Below are positions 27,663 to 41,900 of a DNA stretch of 64,000 nt, one piece after another. The stretch comes from Monocercomonoides exilis PA203 (Eukaryota > Protista > Preaxostyla), in contig LSRY02000017.1 in the NCBI GenBank assembly GCA_001643675.2, forward strand, positions 372,001 to 436,000, in the 5' to 3' direction. Position numbers and translations under genes: made by a program. The stretch's first letter is position 1, and every line of letters starts with the position of its first letter. The notes under the pieces were generated by a model that had not been told where the DNA came from, did not search any database, and saw only the letters and a program-made list of their open reading frames with translations.

Positions 27663-29683
27663 ATGAAGTCTTTCGTGAAAGATCTGTATGTCATAACTTA
27701 GCATTCTTCTTTTATTTATTATTTTATTGTTTATCAACAAAATAGAAAAGGAAAGGTGATGGGATCAGAGTATGAAAAGAAAGTCATCAATGCAACGACT
27801 GATGACCGTGAAATTGTTGATTCTGAGCTTCTTCGTGACATTGCAGATGCCACAAATGATTATTCCCAATATAACATCATCATGGGAAAGATTTGGGAAC
27901 GTATTGATCAAAAGCCTCATGAATGGAAGATTGTGTACAAGGTTTGGGAGATTCAAATTATTTTCGAAGTTTTAAAAGAAACCTTGCAAATATATTTCGT
28001 TTCTTGTTGAATGAATAATACATAACGTAGGTGTTGGGTTTGCTTGAAGCTCTTATTAGAATGGGAAATGCTCGTTGTGTTGATGATATAAAAGCTAATT
28101 CTCATCGTCTTAAACAACTTGAATATTTTGACTATATAAATACAAAGCATATTGACTGTGGAGAAAATGGTTTGTTTTTGATTCAATTGTGACAAAAGAG
28201 AAAAATTATTATGTTTGCATAATTTATTTAAGTGCGAGAAAAAGCCAAGAACATCTTGCAAATACTTGAAGATGATGATCAAATTCGTGAAATGAGAGCA
28301 GATGCAGAAAGGACAAGAGGAAAGTTTCAGGGCATTGGAAGCAGTGGAGTTGGAACTTCTCGTTATGAAAGTAGATATGTTGGGCCATCATATGATACAT
28401 CTTATAGATATAGCTCAGGAGGTGAAACACCTTCAAAATATGATATGGGATCTGGCGGATCAAGTGCTCCAAGCGGAAGGTCACACTATAGCTCAGATTC
28501 GTATGACGGAGAAGGAGGATTCACTGGAGGAACCGATTCACAATCTACAGAGAATGCAATGCAAAGAGATCGCCCAGCGGGAATTAGACGAGAACCATCT
28601 CCATCTTCAGCTACACCAACATCATCAACTACAACCACAACAGCAGACAATTCATTTGCATCTTCCTGGGCTTCATTTGCACCTTCAAACACAGCTACCA
28701 CAACAACAGCAACACCTTCTCAGCCAGCATATCCTCCCGTATCGCCACAGTCCAATTCTGGCGGAGGCTTTTTCGCAGGACCAACTGCTCAACCTGCTCC
28801 AGCCGTTGCACCTTCAACAACACAGCAACCAGGATTTTTCTTTGGTTCTACAGCTACCCCTGCTGCAGCTCCAGCACCAGCTCCAGCTCCTGTTGCACAA
28901 CCAGCACCTGCACCAGTTGCCCAAACTGCCCCTGTGCAGCAAACATCGCCATACCCACAAAGTGGAGGCTTCTTCAGCTCGGCTCCTGCTCCTGCTCCTG
29001 CACCAGCCGCTACTGTTGCACCCGCTCCAGCTATGACAGCAAGCGTTGCTCAAACTTCTCAAATTAACTTTATGAATACTTCAGCACAGCCAGCTCCAGC
29101 ACCTGCACCGAAGTCCAGCGGCGTTATTGTTGCAGCACCTCCTTCTGATGATGCATTCTCAGTGTTCTTGGAATCAGCTCAAAAGGCAGAAGAGCCAGCT
29201 GGTGTGTGAAAGTTGGGAGAAAAAAAGAGAGAGAGATTTATGTGAAGCATTATTTTATTAAATCAAATAATTTTTCTTTTGATTTGCTATAGTATTTATT
29301 TTTGTGATGAACTGATTATAAATGTATTAACAAATGAATTTTTATTTTCTTCTTTGATTTCTGGATGATATTTTGTTTGTGTTTAATGAATATTTTTTAC
29401 AGAACCAAAAAGCTCTGGTCCAGATGACTTGATTGATCCATCTCTGATTGATGTGTCCAACTTGGGAGCAAAGAAGAAGGAGCCAGAAAAGAAGAAAGGA
29501 CAGTTCCTGAAAGTGTCTGTCTCATCAAGCGCCAACCAAGCTGCTGTTGGCATGCCTATGGGAACACCCGGAATGGGAATGGGAATGCAGCCAATGATGG
29601 GCGGAGGATACTACGGAGCCCCAATGAACACACCCGGATATCCACAGCCTGCTCCTGCTCAGCCCAGACCATATCAATGGTAA
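27663..29683 (+). CDS. ENTH-domain protein (epsin/epsinR-like)
   Basis: SEYEKKVINATTDD..LLRDIADAT..IMGKIWERI..EWKIVYK and DCGENVREKAKNILQILEDDDQIREMR, then a P/A/S-rich tail with FF motifs and LID. Confidence 0.88.
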
Positions 29684-31040
29684 AAAATAAGTTGCTGTAC
29701 TTATCCACTTTCTCTGCTTGCGGATTATTAAAGCAGGAATCTAATAAGGAGAGAGGAAAGGAGGGGTTCAGGTATTTTTTTATATTTATTTTAAGGACAG
29801 ACTAAAGGATGAACAGTGAGTCAAAACAATAAACATAAAAGTGTCATTGTTATTAGTCTTCTCAAAGTGGATGGTATTGTTTTCTTAGGTTTATCTGATT
29901 TTGAAAATGAAGATGTTAATATTAGCAAGTTTCTACCTTTTGGAGCTACATGTCAATTCTTAAGCTTTCTTTCTTTCGCAATTTTTTTTTTTTTTTTGTT
30001 GAGGCTCTTTCTTTCTCAACCTCTTTTTTAATTTCTGCTCTTTTTTCTGTCATTTTTGGTTTTGGTAAAATAAATGTGTATTGCTTGTTGGTTGACTTCG
30101 CTATTTGCCTCATGTCTGATCCGTTGATAAGACTTTTTCGTTTTTTTAAAGTATTATTTCTTCGTACTCTCATCTTACTCATTCAATCATTGTTATTCGC
30201 CATTTGGATTTGATCATTACAACTCATCACCAATTCAAAATACACAGATCATTCGTCTTCATGATATTTTTTTTTAATTCTTTAAAAATGAAATAATCAT
30301 TACATCTAATTTGCTCAGAATTTTAATTATTTATAAGAAGGAAGAAAAACTTCTGTGTTTTTTTTAATGTATCAATAAAGTGTTACGTTCAATTCTAATA
30401 ATAAAAAAAAATAAAAAAATTTGAGTACAATATTCTTCAAAGATTGAGTGATGAAAGGAAATAAGTTCAATGTTTTGAATGTGAAATCGTCTTGAAAAAC
30501 TGACAATTTCCTTTTGAAGTGTAATTATAATAAATTCTCCATGAATTATTCCATTGAAAATTATTTCGATAAAATAATTTTTATAAATATTCTAACCAAT
30601 ATTCTCACACATATAAAAAAATAAATTTTATATAAATGGGAAATTATTTTTGAAATCATATTTTTTCTAACAAAGATTTCTGTCAAAAAATTTCCTTTGA
30701 ATATCACTAAAAAAACACTGAAAAGAGAAAAGAATAATTAAAGACATAGTCGTTTTTAATTCTGATAAAACATTTGTCTTTAAAATTATTCTGATTGTTT
30801 TTTGCATTTTTAAACAAAATCTCTTCCCAGTAAAAAGCAACCTCGAAAAATCAACACTTCGAAAAAAGTTATGATTTCATAAATAATGACCAATTTTTTT
30901 CATTTTCGAAAAAAAAAAGGCGTAATGAAACAAGAAGCACATCAGTCATTTTTTAATAAAAAAGTAATTTTGAAGTTAATATTATAGTTTTTGATATTTA
31001 AAAGTTGAATTGAGTCATGAAAGTGAAAAATGAAATGGAT

Positions 31041-32171
31041 TTATTGAAGAGATTTCGTTCTTTTTTTCGTCATTTCTGTATCTGACCAGCCGCTTGCTTC
31101 ACTGCCGTCGTCAATAATGTCATCTTTTTCATATTCGAAATCGTTTAATGAATCTGATGATATCTCATCTCCTGAAGGATCTTGATCGATGTCATCATCT
31201 GGAAAGAATTTTCTGAGTTCTTCGTGATATTCATTTTCATTGTAATAAACCAAAATTTTCAAGAATACCAAAAAGGTTTTATCTTCATGATGCTGACACA
31301 AATGCGCATACAGATATTCATCCAGATCAGTATATTTCACTCCGAATGGAGGCATATGACGTCGTAAGTTGACCCAAGATCCTTCGATAGTGTTTGTTGA
31401 TTCTCCCATTACGTTGACAAATTCTTTTGAATGATTAACAGTGTGATGGATATATCCTAATTCAGAGAGTTTGGAATATGCTTTCCATTGATCCGAAATA
31501 ACGATGGAACCTGGCATTATTATTTTTTGGAAAAGAGAAAGAAGCACGTTTGCTGATCGCCTTCCCACAAAAAAAGCTACCATTAAATGTATTGATCAAA
31601 TTGATTTTTGATGTTCAATTGCCCCGAAAAGCCAAATTAGTTTCTTATTTTAACCTGGAACAATTTTTTGAAATTATGAGAAAATATGTGAATAAATCAA
31701 ACCTCTTTTATATTTCCTTCTCCGCCTAGCCGATTCATCAATTTCCACCTCAACGCCAGGACCTCCTATCGTTCTTGGATTTTTGAATAAAAACATCGAA
31801 CAAGCTCTTCTGAATATACTGTTAAATGCACCAACAGAATGGACTTCAACACCTGATATTAATGAAACTTTAGTGTTACTGATATAAATCCAATAACAAT
31901 ATGCCAATATTAATATAGTAGAAATTTTCAATGGCGATCGAGAAAAAATAGTTCCAGTGCGGATTGACATTCTTTTTTTGCATGTCGAACATGAATAATA
32001 AGATTTGCATCCATGTTCAGAAACAATTGAAATGTTTGAATGACAATTTTTGCATTTTTGGGGTTTGACAAGAATTTCATTCTCGAAAAGAAAGTCTATT
32101 GCACTGCTTTCAAATAAAAACCTCTGGAAAATGGAGTGTAATTGTTTGAAAGATTCTGAAATGTATGACAT
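31041..32171 (-). pseudogene. Merlin (IS1595/ISXO2-like) DDE transposase, copy A, with one intron and two in-frame stops
   Basis: CxxC..CxxC zinc ribbon, IGGPGVEVEIDES, WLFGAIE, GSIVISDQWKAY, HHTVNHSKEFV, STNTIEGSW. After the intron the frame contains TAA and TGA (~31600-31655). Confidence 0.85.
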
Positions 32172-33630
32172 TCGAGCAATAGTGAAAAATGTCGAACAAA
32201 TTCTTTATGATCATTCCATTATTCATGAGATAAACTAGATTTTCTTTATTTTTCATCGGTTGAAATCCTTTCGTTTCTAATGAAAAAACCTTCAATTATT
32301 CAATAATATAACAAAAGAAAAAGGAATAAGTGATAATCTCGAATTTCCATTGATGTCCTTTTGGTTTCAGTATGCCAAAAATAATATTCATGACAATACA
32401 TGGGGGAAAATATGTGAATTCCTGTTTTTTCATTGAAAAAAAATGCACTTTTTTTGTATATTTGTGATCAAAAAACATGAAAAAAATGGGTTCATTTTTT
32501 GAAAGACGTGGGAGAATACAAAACATTATGTTGTAATGTCAATAATACATGTTTATGGATATGAGAATCCTATCTTTTTTGAAATCTGAGAGAGTTTAGG
32601 AAAGTTATGAGATAAACAATTATTTTGTCCTTTGTTCAAAAAAAAAAAAAGAATGATAATTCATATTTTCCCTTATATCATATTGTTGAGAAAAACGAAT
32701 TGAAATAAAACATAAAATAATTTTTATCCAAGATGAAAAGAAAATATTCTCACATATCCATTTTATATTTGGGTGATAATTATTGTAGTCATATCTTTTT
32801 TCGAAGTGTTGATTTTTTCGAAGTTTTATCACTTTTTATAAAATTTTATCATTAAAAAGAAAAAAACTAGGTGAAATGTTTTAATAAATGATTATTGGGA
32901 CAATTTTCTAGAAAAATTCATTTAAATAAAAAGAAATGATTTCTCAGCGTTCATTTATCAAAATTCAAAGAGTTTTTCTCAAACCGAATCCTTTGAATGA
33001 AAAAATATGGGTTCAAAAACAATCTCCAATTTTTATGAGAAAAAGTATTTTGAATAAAGATCTCTTTCGATATTAAAGTAATATTATAATGACATTGTAT
33101 TTTTCGAAGTAATGAGCTGCAACAGTCATATGTCAATTTTTTTGTTAAGTTCATTTTGTTCAAATTCCTATAAAAAAATAGTTGAATATTTGGGTGATTA
33201 TTTATGTAATCATATTTTTTCTGTTAATATATTCAGTACAAAAATTTCCTTTGCGTTAAAATAAGTGGCATAGGTCTGAATTGTACCATTTTTTCTGCTT
33301 TGTTTTGGAAATTTTTAATTAGAAATTGTGAAATATTATAATTTTTTATTGCCAAAATCGATCGGAATAATAAAAATTGCTTCACTTTATTTTTTCGATT
33401 TTTTAGTATTGATCACATATCCCATAATAATGTTGTTATTTTTCAAGATATTTTGATCAAAACCATAAAATATATTTAATTTTCCGATATTTCACAATTT
33501 GATTTGTTTTTTGAAAAACGCAACAAACTTCGATATATTTTCAACAGTTTGTTAGTTTTCTTTTTTATCTTTAAGTATTTTATGAATTTTTGTTGTTTTT
33601 GGTAAAAAAGGACTTGTATCATATACATAA

Positions 33631-36600
33631 TTGATTAAGATTTTGCATCAATTTACTAATCAATATTCTGAAGAATCAAAAGAAGAAGTTCCGACTGTTC
33701 TTTCTTCAAAATCAGACATTGCACAACAATCAGCATCAGTTACCAGAAAAGCAAATGAATCAAATGAAACCACACAAAAGGAGAATCCATTTACAACTGA
33801 AGCTATAATCAACTCGTCTTCTTGATGGTTATGCTATCGTTTAACCTCCTTCTCCTTCTCCTCCTTCTCCGCCTTCTTTCACCACTGATTTAACTTCTCA
33901 AATTCAACCCAATCTTTTCTTTCTTTTGCACACTGCTCAAAGAAGCTTTCTTTTCAGCTCTGTCTTTTTCTACAATCGCCATGCTAGTGATTTGCTTCTG
34001 ATTGTTTGTCTTCATTTAACATCAATTCAAAACAAGGCTCCATCCTGAACTGCTTCGTGCGCAATGATATCGTTCTTTTAAGCTCAATCACATGTTACAC
34101 CCGAACTCGACTCCTCGTTTTTCTTTGATTCCTCTCCGTCTTCGCAGCTCATTCCGCTTGTGTCTGCCTCTCTTTGCATCCTCACGACACTTTTGACTAC
34201 TGCTGAGTCCACAAGAGCAGTTGCCACGACTCTCACGCGCCTTATCATGGACAATCCTGTTAATTGTATTCATTTCTTTGTGTTTGAAGAACAACTACTG
34301 GGTGTGGGGAAGGAGAAAAAGATAGAGGAAAGCGAATAATGCTTACCAAAAGAGAATGCTTATTCGCTAAATCCGTCTGCAACTCCTGCTTTATCGCCAC
34401 TTGTGCCATCGCCTATGTGTGAGACAACCAAAAAGGCTTCTCCATTCTCCCTCTCTTTCCTCTCAGATATTCCTTCGCTTGAGCCGCCTTCCTCATCCTC
34501 TGCTTCTTCTCTGCTTCTTCTAATGTTCGGCTCTTCCTTTGTGCGATGCTGCTTCTCCCTCTTGTTCTCCACGTTTCCTAACAAAGATCTCCATTCGTTC
34601 TGCATTGAGCTTGCTCTAACGACTCTTTGTCATTTGCATTTTGGTTCACCGACACTCACTCAACTTTTGTTGTTCTCTTCGCTGCCAATGATCCTCACTC
34701 TCAAAGGAAGTTTTTCACAATGGGACAATTTGTATCTGGAGGAGTGCAAGCACTCAATGAAGCCTGACTGTGCATCGATGGTTTCGTCGTCTATTCAAAG
34801 CACTCTGAAAGAAAAGCCAGCAAAGCCGACAGAGCTAACAGAAAATCAGATGTTAAACAAGAAAGTTGCACATCCATTGATTAGCATCCCATCTCTAGAC
34901 ATCATTGTGCCATCATCTGTGTCTTCGTTTATACCAATTATTGCCTTGCAGGCTTCAAATGTGAATCGATATCTTCAAACATTTCTGGTGTCTGTTGAAC
35001 CCAGTTTATCTGTTCAGCATTCGACTTTGTCATCACAATCGTCATCGTCCTCTTATTACAACTGAACTGGAGAGATGTTGATTCCCACGCTGTACTTCTT
35101 ATTTTCTTCGTTCTGTTTCCATTCTGTGTTGTTCTATCCGGTCCAATCAACAACTTCTGATCTTCTCACTACGTTTTCCACAATCGATATACAAGTGCTT
35201 TCTGCCTATCTATTTTACGCTCTTCTCTCGCCTTTACTTTCTCCCCTCAATTTGTTCCACTCGTTACCTGCTCAGTCATCTCCTTCAAACCCTGCTGTCA
35301 TGAAGATGTTCCATCGGCAGTTGGTTGAACAAGAACTCAGAAAAAGGAAGAGGGCTGTAATGGAAGAGCGAGACAGACTGAATCAGCTGGACGACGACAG
35401 CGACGATGAGGCTGAAGAGGAAGAGGAAGAAGAAGAGACAGATAAAGGATCGACAGGAAAGCATCTTGTTCTTGCAATGCAGAATATGATTGGGGGGATT
35501 GCTGATTTGGCAACTGATGCGTTATCGGCAGTGGCAAACAAATCTGCAAAGTTCACATCAGCTATCAGGGGCATGTTTTCCTTTCTCGGTGAAAAAAAGT
35601 GAAAAGATGATAAAGACACAGACGATGAGTCAGATGATTGAAGCGAAGAAGAAAGAAAAGAAAATGAAGCTGAAGCCAAAGGAAAAGAACACAAAAGGCA
35701 TGAAAAATCAGGAAATCAATCAACAGCCAACGAAGATCAGGAATCACATGAGGCAAATGAATCTTCAAGTGATTAACAGATTGTTGCTTCCAATAATTCT
35801 TCACAATCCACTTCAAGCACATCTCAATCCATTCCAAAATCTCCCTCAAAAGTTAAGAATGCATCTTCTTCTTCCTCCTCTCTTTCTCTTTCTGCTTCTT
35901 TGCCATTATTCCTCCATCCTTCCTTCGTTTATCGTGCAGATGGCATTGTTGTCCTCTGTATTCATCTGCTCACTCGAATAGCTTCTGTTGATTTAAGCCT
36001 GCTTCCACAGTCTCCTTCAATAAAAATGCATTCACATTGTTCACGTAGCGATGATAGCTCGTTAAGTCTTGTTCACAAAGTGCTCATTGCAAAAACCTCT
36101 GCTCATTCTTTTTCGTCTTGTCAACAGATTTCGTGTGAAACTACTTCTGGGCAATCAGATCAGCTCAATAACCAAAAGCTTTCGTTCACTTATCCAAAAG
36201 CAGTCAGAAATTCGAAGAGATCAACATCTTCAAGTTCTCTTGCTCCTCTGAAGGATGCTGTTCCTCTAGTTCTGTCTGCAAAGGAAATAAACACAAGAAG
36301 ATGATGTGAAAAAGAAAATATGAATGATTCCACAATTGTTTATTAGAATGAAGATTGTCCTTCTAATTTATTCACAACCCGAACTTATCAATCAAACAAC
36401 ACTTCCCTAAATCCATTTAGTGAATTGAATTTTTTGGGAGCATCTTCACTTGTCCAAGTTGTCCAAAAGCTTTTCAATCCACCTCTTTCTTTTTCCCCCA
36501 TCACATTCATCACATCCTGTCCATTCAACCCGGCAGGCCAGCTAACTCTGCAACAGAATGTGTTGCTATGGTCAGCCACCATCGACTTCCTCATTTCGCT

Positions 36601-37000
36601 CGATAAGAGCATTCTCAGCAGCTCCACGCTGGGAATGTCGCAGCACACATACGTTGTCACAAAGCTTGCTGTCAACGAGGAAGCAAACTGATGCGGCTCG
36701 CAGTTCTGCTCTGAAGAGACGTGTGTTGAATTGGAGAAGATGAATGTACTGTCTGCATTTGCATAAATGCCTCCTTTGACTGCACTGTCTCTGCGTCTCC
36801 TCAGTAGTGTTGCTTTCATTTTGGAAGGAAATCCCCAAAATTTCCTTTCTCTTTTATTATATCATATGAGCTGCAAACAATAAAATCTTTGTATTTCTTC
36901 CTTTGGAAAACTGCGTTGACGAAAACTTGGATAGTGCCTTTTCGATGAGCAATGACGAACTTCTTCAGCAAAATCGCTAAATAATATGAATCACTCATCA
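33631..37000 (+). pseudogene. Decayed host-like gene fragment carried as cargo inside Merlin B
   Basis: Coding-like composition continuing through ORFs 34403-35065, 35075-35602, 35900-36304 and 36425-36691, interrupted by scattered in-frame stops and a frameshift. Confidence 0.55.
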
Positions 37001-37174
37001 ATTTTCGATTATTTTTGAAAAAATCTTTATCATTATTATCAAAATATTCAAAAATTGAAATGGATGTTAATTGAGTTAAATACTCAGCGAATTGAAAAAG
37101 ATTTCTATATGGCGAAGTGAAAACAAAATAAGCAAGTTGTGATTGATGATTTTTTTCAACTTTAGTGGGTTCTG

Positions 37175-37777
37175 TTACGGAAGAGTTATTGGCTTATTTG
37201 ATGAACCAATTGTTTTATTCTTCATCCCGCTCCTGAGAAGTTTCAATTGAGAAAATTGTTTTATTTGCATCAATTTTTTTTGAAACTTTTTTTCTAAAGC
37301 CTTTTGACGTTGTTGAACATAATATTGAGTCCATTCTTTATATAACTCTGATCCTTCGGTTTGAACATGTCTTGTTATCAAATAGTTATACACGTTCCTC
37401 TTTGTTGTTTGTGATTGTTCTTTCATTTCTTTCCTTTTCATCTTTTGATCCTCGGATATTTCATCTGCTTTTTGGTGATTGGACTTTCCTTCAAACTTCT
37501 TATGTTCATCTTCTTCAACTTGTTCATTTTCTTCGTGCTGATAATCATTATGTCCATTATATTCGTGCAGGTTGTCGTTCAGGTCATTCATTTTCTTTTT
37601 TGAAGCGTTGTATACATCATTCGTTGAAGACAAATAACAAAGATCATCAGACGAACTATCCTCTTCAAAGAATTCATATGACGAAGGTGAATCTTCTTCT
37701 TCATTTTCATCAATGGAACATTTTTCATAATTGCTATCAGTGTTATTTGTTTCTTCTGTTTCTTTTTCATTAATTCT

Positions 37778-37825
<48 letters not shown>

Positions 37826-38219
37826 GTAATTTATCAAGATCATCCGTATTATATAAAACACATTCTTGATTTGATTTTTCTTCTTCCATTTTTTTCATCT
37901 CGTATAATTCATTCATCTTCTTCTTTTCATCTTTTTGAATAGTTTCAATCTCTTTTTCACAATCTTCGAAAGTCTTCAAAAATGTATTCAGTTCTTTGAC
38001 ATTTACTGTTGATAAATCGCTTAGAAATTTTTGTTGACTTTTGTGAATATTGAATCTATATATGAATTCATATATATATTCCTTTTTTTTTGTAAATGAT
38101 CTTCCCCTTTTTGGTATATTTTCTTTCAAGTGAGACCACATACACTCAATTGTTTGAGTATGTATTGTGTGATCGTGTTCATCTTTAAATCGTTCCGAGT
38201 GGTTGACACTTTTGAGTTC
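37175..38219 (-). pseudogene. C-terminal part of the Merlin B transposase plus acidic tail
   Basis: ELKSVNHSERFKD..IHTQTIECMWSHLK..YIYEFIYR (third catalytic region). A ~45-nt A run on the coding strand separates it from the 37175 ORF. Confidence 0.85.
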
Positions 38220-38999
38220 ATATGGGTGATTTTTTTTGACATCATAAAAAAAGATCAAAAATCGAAAATATAAATTCTATTGTGGTATTAATTGATCAAA
38301 GAGTTAAATTGTTTTTTTGCAAGCATTTAGCATTAATTTCTGTAATATAAATTTGTTTTATTCCCCCCCCCCCCCCCCCCAAAAGACATACCTTTTTCAC
38401 TTTTTTTTGTGGAAAAGAATTTTTTTGATCAAGTTTTATAAATATTTACTAAAACAAACGAATAAAACTTCAAAAAAAATTGCAAATTCATAATTGGAAA
38501 AAACAAAACATTGAAAAGAAAAAATTAAAAATAAGAACAGAAAAGAAGAAAACAAAATTATTGAAACCAATTTATTATTAAGAGTTATTTTTCTTTTTAT
38601 TTTTTCTTCACCTTTGCACAGCCAACAAATCTCCATTCCTTTTATTCTTTTCATCAACTTCATCAAACGTTAAACAAAATCGTGGAACATTGGATAAATC
38701 CGATTTCAACAATGGAACTGATGTCGATGTCTGTGGAAGATAAGGACAGATACCATGTGCCACAATCGAGTATTCCCTCACTGGCTTCATTTTCCTCCTC
38801 CAAGACTCCTCCCTCACCCTCCTCAGCTCAACATTTGTTCCTCTTCAAACACTCACCTTCAGCGCAGCTGATGCAAAAATCATTGATAACAATTGACATT
38901 TTCTAATTTCATTAAAATTTCTTCCATTCATTAATTTTTTAAATTTTCCATATCATCGAAAAATCTTTGTGCCTTCATTGCTTTTTCAACAAGAGCATA

Positions 39000-41900
39000 T
39001 ATCATCACTAATTATTCGAGAAGTTTAACTAAGTTCCGAAAAAAATCTAACTTTGCCATTTTCCATTTGATTTGGCTTCTTCATCAAATGAAAATAAAGC
39101 TCGTTGCTTAAGGAATCATCTATTTCTTCTCTTCAAATAGCATTTCTTCAATCAAATCAGAAAGATTTTCAAAAACATTTATTTCCTCAACTTTCCGATT
39201 TCAACTTTTTCGTATCCAATTAGAGCAAGTGTCTCATATAATTTCTCTTCAAATATGTCTTTTCCTCTCAATTCCTTTTCTTCCTCGCTTCATTTGCAAC
39301 AATTCGCCTTGGTTTCGCTGCTGTGAAATCTTCCGAAGGCTATTTAGGAGCCCATCCATTTCATAAAACAATAGCTTCAATGTTCTTTCTGTTTTCACTG
39401 CAAATGCTTCAGCTTCCAAATAAAAATGGCAAAATCTTCCTCCTTTTCTGATTGTACTCCATCAGATACGCTTTTCTTGGATCAACGAAACACTGTCTTC
39501 TTTATCACATAATTTCTGCTGATATTCTGTGTTAGAATAAATAATTATCTGTGCTTCTGAATAGAAATGAAAGATGAGGCCTGACGATGAATTCGAGGGG
39601 AGTTGAATGAAAGAAAAGAAGAAGAAGAAGTTAAGGCAGGAAGTGATAGCGGAAGTGGGGTTGGAATAGCTGAATTAGAAGAAGAAAGAAGTTTTGCTTG
39701 GAATTGCAGTGAAGGAGATTAAGATGTTCTGAGAGAAGGAGAAGATAGTTGTTGGATGTTCATAAACAAGGACGAATTGACAAGTGATGAAGTACAATGA
39801 GAAAGAGGATGAAGAGCAATGTTTGGACTTGCAGCAAGATCAGCAGCTGAATTAAAAGGCGCTACCAAATTGAGTGAAGGATATTCTTCATCGAATCCGC
39901 CGCAGTTGAATTCTGCAAAGCGGAGAAAGATACCAATTTTGAGAATGAAAGCGCATCTCTTCTTCCAGGCACGTTGTTCTAGCTGAATGTTCTTATCCCT
40001 TTCTCCTTCTGAAACAGTTGCGGTTATCTTTTCCCTTCTCCTTTCCTTCCCTTTCTGTGTGTCACTTATGCTTCCTCTTTGCAGTTCCGCACGTCTTTGC
40101 TTAAGAACGATCTTCAGCGCACTCATTAGATCCAGTCTTGTTCTCGTCTGCCTCGCGTCGACTGCTGCACACACAGGCAATTTTCGCATCTTCCACACAA
40201 ATTGCCTGTTTTTTTTCGCTTTTGATACGCACATAACGGCGGGGCACATCCAATTCATCGCTCAAATCTTCAAAGACAGAATAAGCTTAATCATTCAGCG
40301 TGCAGTCCAATTTCCGCTCTCTTGTCAAAGATGGCGTTTGGCTTTCTTTCGCCTCTTGTTGGGCCTCGCTGGACATTTTGTTCTCTTTCTGGTTGGTCGG
40401 CGTGCCTGTCTCAAGATGTGGTTATAATACTCCTTGGATACTGCTAAACAGATTTTTGTCTCTTTCCTTTATCTTCTTCGCCATTTTCTCCATTTTTCTT
40501 CGCTCTTGCTCTTCTTTCTCCTTTTTCTTCTTCTGCATCTCCTGCAGTTTCATCAGCCGAAGCAGTTTTTCTCTCTGATCATCTGATTCCAATGAATTAA
40601 ACGTGATTTTCGCCTCTTCATCGTCCACTTTCCCTTTCTCATTCTGAAACTCATCTTGCATCACTCTTGTCACTTCTTTGTTCAAATCTTTCATCCCCAT
40701 CACACCCAACGTCGCCCCTCCTCCTCCTCCTCCAATTCCTCCTCCACCTCCACCTCCTCCAACGGTATGTGACAGCTGCGTTGTTGGTGCACAAACAGCT
40801 CCTCTCACCATTTCCATCTCTTGGCTGTACACAATCAACGCTCTCCCTCCAACTCCTCTCCATCCTCCGTCCATTCGCTTCCCTCGCGTAAAGTGTATCG
40901 TTCCAAAGGCGCCTCGTCCTGAAGTATATTGCTTAGGCTGTGGAGAAGGTGATGGTGTTGGAGAGGTATTTGCTGTTGTGTTCTGTTGTTGTGGTTGTTG
41001 CTGCTGTTTCTGCTGAGCTTGCGATGAAAGAGGCTCTGGCTTTGGCTCATCTGAATGCGTTTCGTCTTTTTTGCCGTTTTGAATTGACACTTTCGCTTTT
41101 GCATTCTTTTCTGCTTCTGTTTGATAGTCTTTCTTTTGAAGTCTTTCAACACTTTCCTGAGCTTCATTGTTTTCATTTCCTTTCTTTTTCATCGAAGCAC
41201 TTTGTTTTGTTTCAGTATCATTTGCATCATCATCATATGCTCCTTCCTTTTCACTCGCATCGCTCTCCAAACTATCAGTTGATTCGTCATCTGATAGAAT
41301 TCCCCCAACATTCACCACATTCTCATAGCTCATCAGCTTCAGAATACTCTCATCGTCTGCATTGTCCTCTTCATACAGCCATCCATCCCCTGAGCTTATT
41401 CCCCACCAGTCGTCGTTGTCAAACTCTTCTTCTCTTCTTCGGAACGCTGTCAGAATCTCCCGCAGCTTCTTCTCTCGAATGTCGTCTTCTTCGTCTTCGT
41501 TTATTCCAGTCAAGTTGCAAGCTTCTGTTTTCTTCTTATTCTTCATTTTGTTATAATTATTTTTGGATTTTGATAAATGTTTTATTTTCTTTTCTTTTGA
41601 AACAACTGATTTGGGTTTGTTCATTGAATCCTCCAAAATCACTTCTTCGTTTTCGTCGTTGTTCGAGTCATCATCATCTTCTTCTTCCTCATCTTTCGTG
41701 CTATCTTCATCGCCTTCAACTTCTTCTTTGTTTCCATTTTCATTCAAAGAATTAATCACTTCTTTCTCTTCTTTTCCGTCTTCTTTGCCATCCCCCTCAC
41801 TTTTTGTAGCATTCACACTCATTCCTGGTCTTTTTATCGATTCATCAATCGGCGTCGGAGAAAGCAGAAGGTTTGGTCTGACCTTCAAAAGCACTTCATT

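Noticed and set aside
29946-30262. Lys-rich minus-strand ORF after the ENTH gene
   Set aside because: Short, low-complexity and interrupted, with no recognisable domain.
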